The notes below the pieces were generated by a model. It was given only the letters and a program-made list of their open reading frames with translations, did not search any database and had not been told where the DNA came from. The position numbers and the translations under genes were made by a program. Positions 59,835 to 64,000 of a stretch of 64,000 nucleotides of DNA are shown here, in pieces. Where the stretch lies: contig CAYVAR010000001.1 of the NCBI GenBank assembly GCA_964449675.1, positions 44,877 to 108,876 on the forward strand, written 5' to 3'. Each line of letters opens with the position of its first letter. Positions within the stretch are counted from its first letter, which is position 1. This DNA is from an uncultured Gammaproteobacteria bacterium (GTDB taxonomy: Bacteria; Patescibacteriota; Microgenomatia; UBA10105; UBA927).

Positions 59835-59868
59835 TCATGTTATCATGTTTTAAAACAAGATAACATGA
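59835..59868. repeat. About 32-bp palindrome, copy 3 of 3
   Basis: TCATGTTATCATGTTTTAAAACAAGATAACATGA. Confidence 0.75.
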
Positions 59869-59882
59869 AATGATTAGGAACT

Positions 59883-60182
59883 ATGATGGTTGCAGAACGA
59901 GTGCACACAATCATTAAGAAAATTCCTAAGGGAAAGGTTGCGACCTACAAACAAATAGCAAGCCTTGCTGGAAATATTCATCCGCGATACATTGGTTATC
60001 TCCTTCATCATAACCCAGATCCAAAGACGATCCCATGTCATCGGGTAGTAAATGCTCAGGGAAAGCTTGCGAAGCAATATGCGTTTAGTGGAATTGAAGG
60101 ACAAAAAATGAAACTTGAACAAGAAGGGATCACAGTGAAAGAGGATGAGGTAGATCTTGATCGATATTTATGGAAACAATAA
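59883..60182 (+). CDS. MGMT-family O6-alkylguanine repair protein
   Basis: IPKGKVATY and PCHRVV. Confidence 0.9.
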   Translation: MMVAERVHTIIKKIPKGKVATYKQIASLAGNIHPRYIGYLLHHNPDPKTIPCHRVVNAQGKLAKQYAFSGIEGQKMKLEQEGITVKEDEVDLDRYLWKQ

Positions 60183-60257
60183 ATTGTCATCCTGCTAGTC
60201 ACCCGCCATCCCGTCGACTTCGCTTAAAGGCAAGCTAGTCTTTTGGATAATCAAACG

Positions 60258-61031
60258 TTAGCTCGATAGCCAACCACCATCTACATATAGTGTCGCACCG
60301 GTGGTGTAACTTGCTTCGTTTGAGGATAGATACACGACTGCTCCTGCAATTTCTTCTGGTTTTCCTGCGCGTTTGAGTGGCACGCGGGAAAGAAACGTTT
60401 GGGCCTGCGTCGGGTCTTTAAGCATATTTTGTGTCATTTCTGTTTCGATGATTCCGGGGCCAATGCAATTGACAAGTATTCCCATTGGCGCAAGCTCATC
60501 AGCAAGCGCTTCGGTCATCGCGACAATACCGCCTTTGCTTGCGCAGTAATGTGCGACAGAGGGAAACCCTACGCCAACGCCGCCTGAGGCAATAGATGCG
60601 ATATTTATAATGCGCCTTCCGCCAGCTGGCGGATTATTTTTTTTCATTTCTCGTGCAGCTGCCTGAGCAACGAGAAAATACCCTTTGAGATTTGTGTCAA
60701 TGGTTTTATCCCACTGTGCTTCAGTCATATCAAGAAATGGACTAAACTCGGCAACTCCAGCATTATTAAGTAGTATATCGAGACGACCGTACGTTTGGAC
60801 TGTCTGGTTGATCGCTGATTGGATGTCCTCTTTTTTGGTAACATCCATTTGTACGGCAAGCGCTTCATGCCCGTTTTCTTTTATTTCCGTAGCAAGCGCC
60901 TTGAGCCGATCAATTCTTCGTGCGGCAACAGCGACTTTTGCACCCTGGTTGGCAAGGGCAATTGCCGAGGCTTTTCCGATACCGCTACTTGCTCCCGTAA
61001 CGAATGCAACTTTTCCGGTCAAATCAAACAT
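60258..61031 (-). CDS. Short-chain dehydrogenase/reductase
   Basis: TGASSGIG, NNAG, YCASK and VDGGW. Confidence 0.95.
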   Translation of the reverse strand: MFDLTGKVAFVTGASSGIGKASAIALANQGAKVAVAARRIDRLKALATEIKENGHEALAVQMDVTKKEDIQSAINQTVQTYGRLDILLNNAGVAEFSPFLDMTEAQWDKTIDTNLKGYFLVAQAAAREMKKNNPPAGGRRIINIASIASGGVGVGFPSVAHYCASKGGIVAMTEALADELAPMGILVNCIGPGIIETEMTQNMLKDPTQAQTFLSRVPLKRAGKPEEIAGAVVYLSSNEASYTTGATLYVDGGWLSS

Positions 61032-61034
61032 ATT

Positions 61035-61154
61035 TAGGAGTTACGCACTTTTGTCATCGCGAGACCGTTCTGACGGCGAAGCGATCTCTCATTGACGAAT
61101 ATGAGATTGCCGCGTCGCTCTCGCTCCTCGCAATGACAGTTTGTGTAAGTCATG
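61035..61154. repeat. Composite REP-like palindrome
   Basis: AGGAGTTACGCA..TGTCATCGCGAG ... CTCGCAATGACA..TGTGTAAGTCAT. Confidence 0.75.
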
Positions 61155-61160
61155 CATATT

Positions 61161-61805
61161 CTATTTTTTCCGAAATATTAAAAGACCTCTATAGATGAGT
61201 ATGACTGTCATTATGAGAAAAACAAACGTGCTCGCCGGAGGAAATGAAGGATTAGCAAGTTCCGGCGTGACTTTAACTTTTCCCTGCCACCAGCTGATCC
61301 ATCCTTGATACTTCATGATGACGAGATGAAGATACACAGCGATAAATGCCGTATGCCCAGCGATTTTTTGTCGCCATCGCCATGAGTCTGAACCAAGCGC
61401 TGTAATGCTCTTGTTCGATGATATCGATGCTACATATACCCATATCGCTATCGCAATACCCCCAAATGTTATCGGAGTAATTTCGTTTATAAACCATGAG
61501 ACGGGAAACTTATTTGGTAATAGAAAGACAGAATAATAGACGTGGAAAAGTGCTAAGGCAAGGGCGAGTAATCCAAGTTCACGTCGAATCGGCATAAAAA
61601 GGGAAAATAATCGATATCGATGCGCAAGCGGGCCGATAATGAGGGTAAGTCCTGCGACCACAGCTGATGTTGAGCCAAAAACTTTGTTAATAATATAGTC
61701 GTTATAGTACCCGCGCCTGAGCCAAAGGTATAAAGAGAAAAGGAGAAAAACGATACCGGTAATACCTATGCTTTTTATCCATCGGGCAGTTACTTCTTTA
61801 TTCAT
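61161..61805 (-). CDS. MsrQ/ferric-reductase-like membrane heme protein
   Basis: RRELGL...FHV, GSDSWRWRQK and YLH. Confidence 0.75.
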   Translation of the reverse strand: MNKEVTARWIKSIGITGIVFLLFSLYLWLRRGYYNDYIINKVFGSTSAVVAGLTLIIGPLAHRYRLFSLFMPIRRELGLLALALALFHVYYSVFLLPNKFPVSWFINEITPITFGGIAIAIWVYVASISSNKSITALGSDSWRWRQKIAGHTAFIAVYLHLVIMKYQGWISWWQGKVKVTPELANPSFPPASTFVFLIMTVILIYRGLLIFRKK

Positions 61806-61821
61806 ACCTTCCCTTCTTATA

Positions 61822-62448
61822 TTACTTGAGCGCGCGTTCCACTTCCACTCGTATATCACTATATGAAGTTAAAATGAGCTTTTTTCCGTTGAGGTAGAAT
61901 GTTGGCGTTGAATTAACTCCAATTTTTAGACCGTAATCTCGATCGAGCGAGACATTGGCTTTTGTCTTCGGGTCACTCAGCGAGTCGGTAAAATCTTTTT
62001 CATTGAGATTCAGTTGTTTTGCTAAATCGACAAAAAGGGCTTCAGAAAGATTTTCCTGATTGGTAAAAAGCAGGTCATACATCTCCCAAAATTTTCCTTG
62101 GACACCAGCAGCTTCTGCAACAATCGCAGCCTTCAAACCAAACGGATGCTGCGCCAGAGGAAAATGACGATAGACAAAAAATAATCTTTCTCTATTTTTT
62201 TCAACGACTTCATCAACAAACGGTTTAGCAGCTTTGCACGCTGGACATTGAAAATCAGAAAATTCTACTAAATAGGTCGATGCGCTCGCATTTCCTTTTC
62301 CATGGGGCTGCTGTCCCAAAAGTTCGCTTTTTGGAAGTGTTGGTTGTACGGGAGCGGGACGGGAAAAGAAAATAGCCGCAATAGCAATAAGAAGAATAGA
62401 TGCACCAGTAACTCCTAAAAATAACTTAGATTCTCCCGTCAATCTCAT
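61822..62448 (-). CDS. DsbA-family oxidoreductase
   Basis: EFSDFQCPAC, RHFPL and GVNSTPTF. Confidence 0.92.
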   Translation of the reverse strand: MRLTGESKLFLGVTGASILLIAIAAIFFSRPAPVQPTLPKSELLGQQPHGKGNASASTYLVEFSDFQCPACKAAKPFVDEVVEKNRERLFFVYRHFPLAQHPFGLKAAIVAEAAGVQGKFWEMYDLLFTNQENLSEALFVDLAKQLNLNEKDFTDSLSDPKTKANVSLDRDYGLKIGVNSTPTFYLNGKKLILTSYSDIRVEVERALK

Positions 62449-62894
62449 ATTTTTTCCAGTGTATAGCTTTTCAGTGTGAGAAGAAAAATCGTGACCATAT
62501 TAACTGCAGATACTGCGCACCAGGTGCAGACCGCTCGGATGACAAATAGTTCTGTATAGGTAAACCAGGATACAAAGAAAACACCGAATATTGACATACC
62601 CAGGATGCCCTTAAGAAATTGAAAATTGTTATTAGACTTCGTTGTTCGAAGAAATGAAAGAATTGCAATAATTGAATAACCGATGAGTCCAACTCCGGGG
62701 ACAGGAAATCCGAATAAATAACTCGATGGACTTTTTCTGACTGTCTCGCACCCAGTGTTTACACATACTATGGGTGCTTGCCGTACAAAACTTTGGAAAA
62801 CATATATTGCTATGACAATACCAACAAGTGAGAGGATAAATATGATTCGATTGAGTTTTTTCGTTTGTACTTCGCTAACTAGCATTTGCTTCAT
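62445..62894 (-). CDS. VKOR-family protein
   Basis: C....CETV..S and CTWC. Confidence 0.9.
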   Translation of the reverse strand: MKQMLVSEVQTKKLNRIIFILSLVGIVIAIYVFQSFVRQAPIVCVNTGCETVRKSPSSYLFGFPVPGVGLIGYSIIAILSFLRTTKSNNNFQFLKGILGMSIFGVFFVSWFTYTELFVIRAVCTWCAVSAVNMVTIFLLTLKSYTLEKI

Positions 62895-62930
62895 GTTGAT
62901 CTAATTATCGCTTACGCCAGGCAAAAATAC

Positions 62931-62946
62931 TGTGATGTAGATTACA
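62931..62946. promoter_or_regulatory. CRP-type binding site
   Basis: TGTGA-N6-TTACA between the divergent VKOR and Crp genes. Confidence 0.7.
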
Positions 62947-62989
62947 GGGAGTATAATATGGGTGAAATCTATTAAACAGCGCAGAATTT

Positions 62990-63637
62990 ATGTATGAAGA
63001 GATGACATCGGTAGGCATATCGGCTTTTTTTTCAAAGTTTCCAAAGCTTGTTGTAAAAACAAAAACAACTATCCTGCGTGGAGATCAACAACCGAAGGCC
63101 CTCTTTTTTCTCGAGTCGGGATACGTAAAACAGTATAGCGTTTCGCCAGCAGGCGAGATGCTCATGATGACTATATATAAGCCTGGTTCATGTTTTCCTC
63201 TGATGTGGGCGCTAGAGGACATCCCCAACACGACATTTCTCGAAACCGTTTCCCCAGTGGTGATGCGAAAAGTTCCCAAAGAGCGATTTTTGGAACTGCT
63301 GCATACGCATCCGGATATTTTGTTTGCCTACGCAAAACGAATCGTTAAAGGACTCAATGGACTCATGAAACGCATGGAGCTTCTCGTATTTGACCGCGCA
63401 AATATGCGCGTTGCTCTGATTCTTTCGTATTTTGCCCGTTCATTTGGCGAGAAAGCTCATGGGTCCATCACCCTGCCGATTCTTCTGCCACACAAAGAGC
63501 TTGCAGCTTGGTGTGGGTTGACGAGGGAAACAACAAGCGTCGAAATGGCTCGCCTCGTAAAGGGCGGAGTCATTTCCTATAATCACCGCTTCATCGTGAT
63601 TCAAAATCTCCCAAAACTCGAGCATGCATCTATTTAA
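62990..63637 (+). CDS. Crp/Fnr-family regulator
   Basis: cNMP-binding fold; HTH segment GLTRETTS. Confidence 0.92.
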   Translation: MYEEMTSVGISAFFSKFPKLVVKTKTTILRGDQQPKALFFLESGYVKQYSVSPAGEMLMMTIYKPGSCFPLMWALEDIPNTTFLETVSPVVMRKVPKERFLELLHTHPDILFAYAKRIVKGLNGLMKRMELLVFDRANMRVALILSYFARSFGEKAHGSITLPILLPHKELAAWCGLTRETTSVEMARLVKGGVISYNHRFIVIQNLPKLEHASI

Positions 63638-63648
63638 TACTGACTAAC

Positions 63649-63793
63649 TACAGGACTCACGCACTTTGTCATCGCGAGTCCGCGCACCATCCGATGGTGC
63701 GCGGACGTGGCGATCTCTCCGATATTTTAAAAATTGCTTCGCCAGCGGCTCGTAATGACAAGGAATACGTCGATACACTGCGTAAGTCCTGTA
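63649..63793. repeat. Composite REP-like palindrome, same family as 61035-61154
   Basis: TACAGGACTCACGCA..TGTCATCGCGAG ... CTCGTAATGACA..TGCGTAAGTCCTGTA. Confidence 0.78.
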
Positions 63794-63799
63794 ACTAAA

Positions 63800-64000
63800 T
63801 TATTTTTTAGCAAACGAATTATAGGCAGTTGCAAATATATATCCGATAAACCATCCATAAGCAGTCGCCGTCACAAATCCTAAAACAAGAGACTCAATGG
63901 AAAAGTTCCACGAACTTATTTTTGACAGATCTATGCCATGGAACCATGATCTTGTGACATTCATGGTAAATTCAGGAAATAATGCGACAGCTGTTGCACA
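63800..64000 (-). CDS. Partial DUF5676-like membrane protein
   Basis: ...SWFHGIDLS...GWFIGYIFATAYNSFAKK*; runs off the window. Confidence 0.65.
   Translation of the reverse strand, partial: CATAVALFPEFTMNVTRSWFHGIDLSKISSWNFSIESLVLGFVTATAYGWFIGYIFATAYNSFAKK

Overview
A bacterial chromosome segment, roughly 40% GC by eye, in standard genetic code. It most likely comes from a Patescibacteria/CPR organism (Microgenomates-like); this is inferred from gene content, a short AlaRS, an AAA-only Lon, AMP phosphorylase, a sortase and SD-less starts. Core genes are rpsO, pnp, rnj, ftsK, rodZ-like, alaS, mltG, leuS, dtd, rpoB, rpoC, rpsL and rpsG, plus a thiol-redox cluster. Accessory pieces include three toxin-antitoxin pairs, REP-like palindromes and decayed genes. 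Three observations stand out. (1) A high-GC two-gene membrane-protein cassette (8965-12077) sits between rnj and ftsK. It has its own promoter, a heavily structured leader, perfect 13-nt and 10-nt complementarity between its 5' and 3' flanks, and a type III hammerhead ribozyme at the 3' end. (2) A leucine-centred locus (30312-36187) holds a divergent LeuRS, Dtd, a probable branched-chain amino-acid racemase under a Leu-rich leader-peptide attenuator, and an orphan resembling a class Ic aaRS/CDPS-type catalytic domain. (3) An Ile-rich leader-peptide attenuator lies upstream of azlCD. No rRNA, tRNA or CRISPR array was recognised. All calls come from reading the sequence; no searches or folding programs were run.
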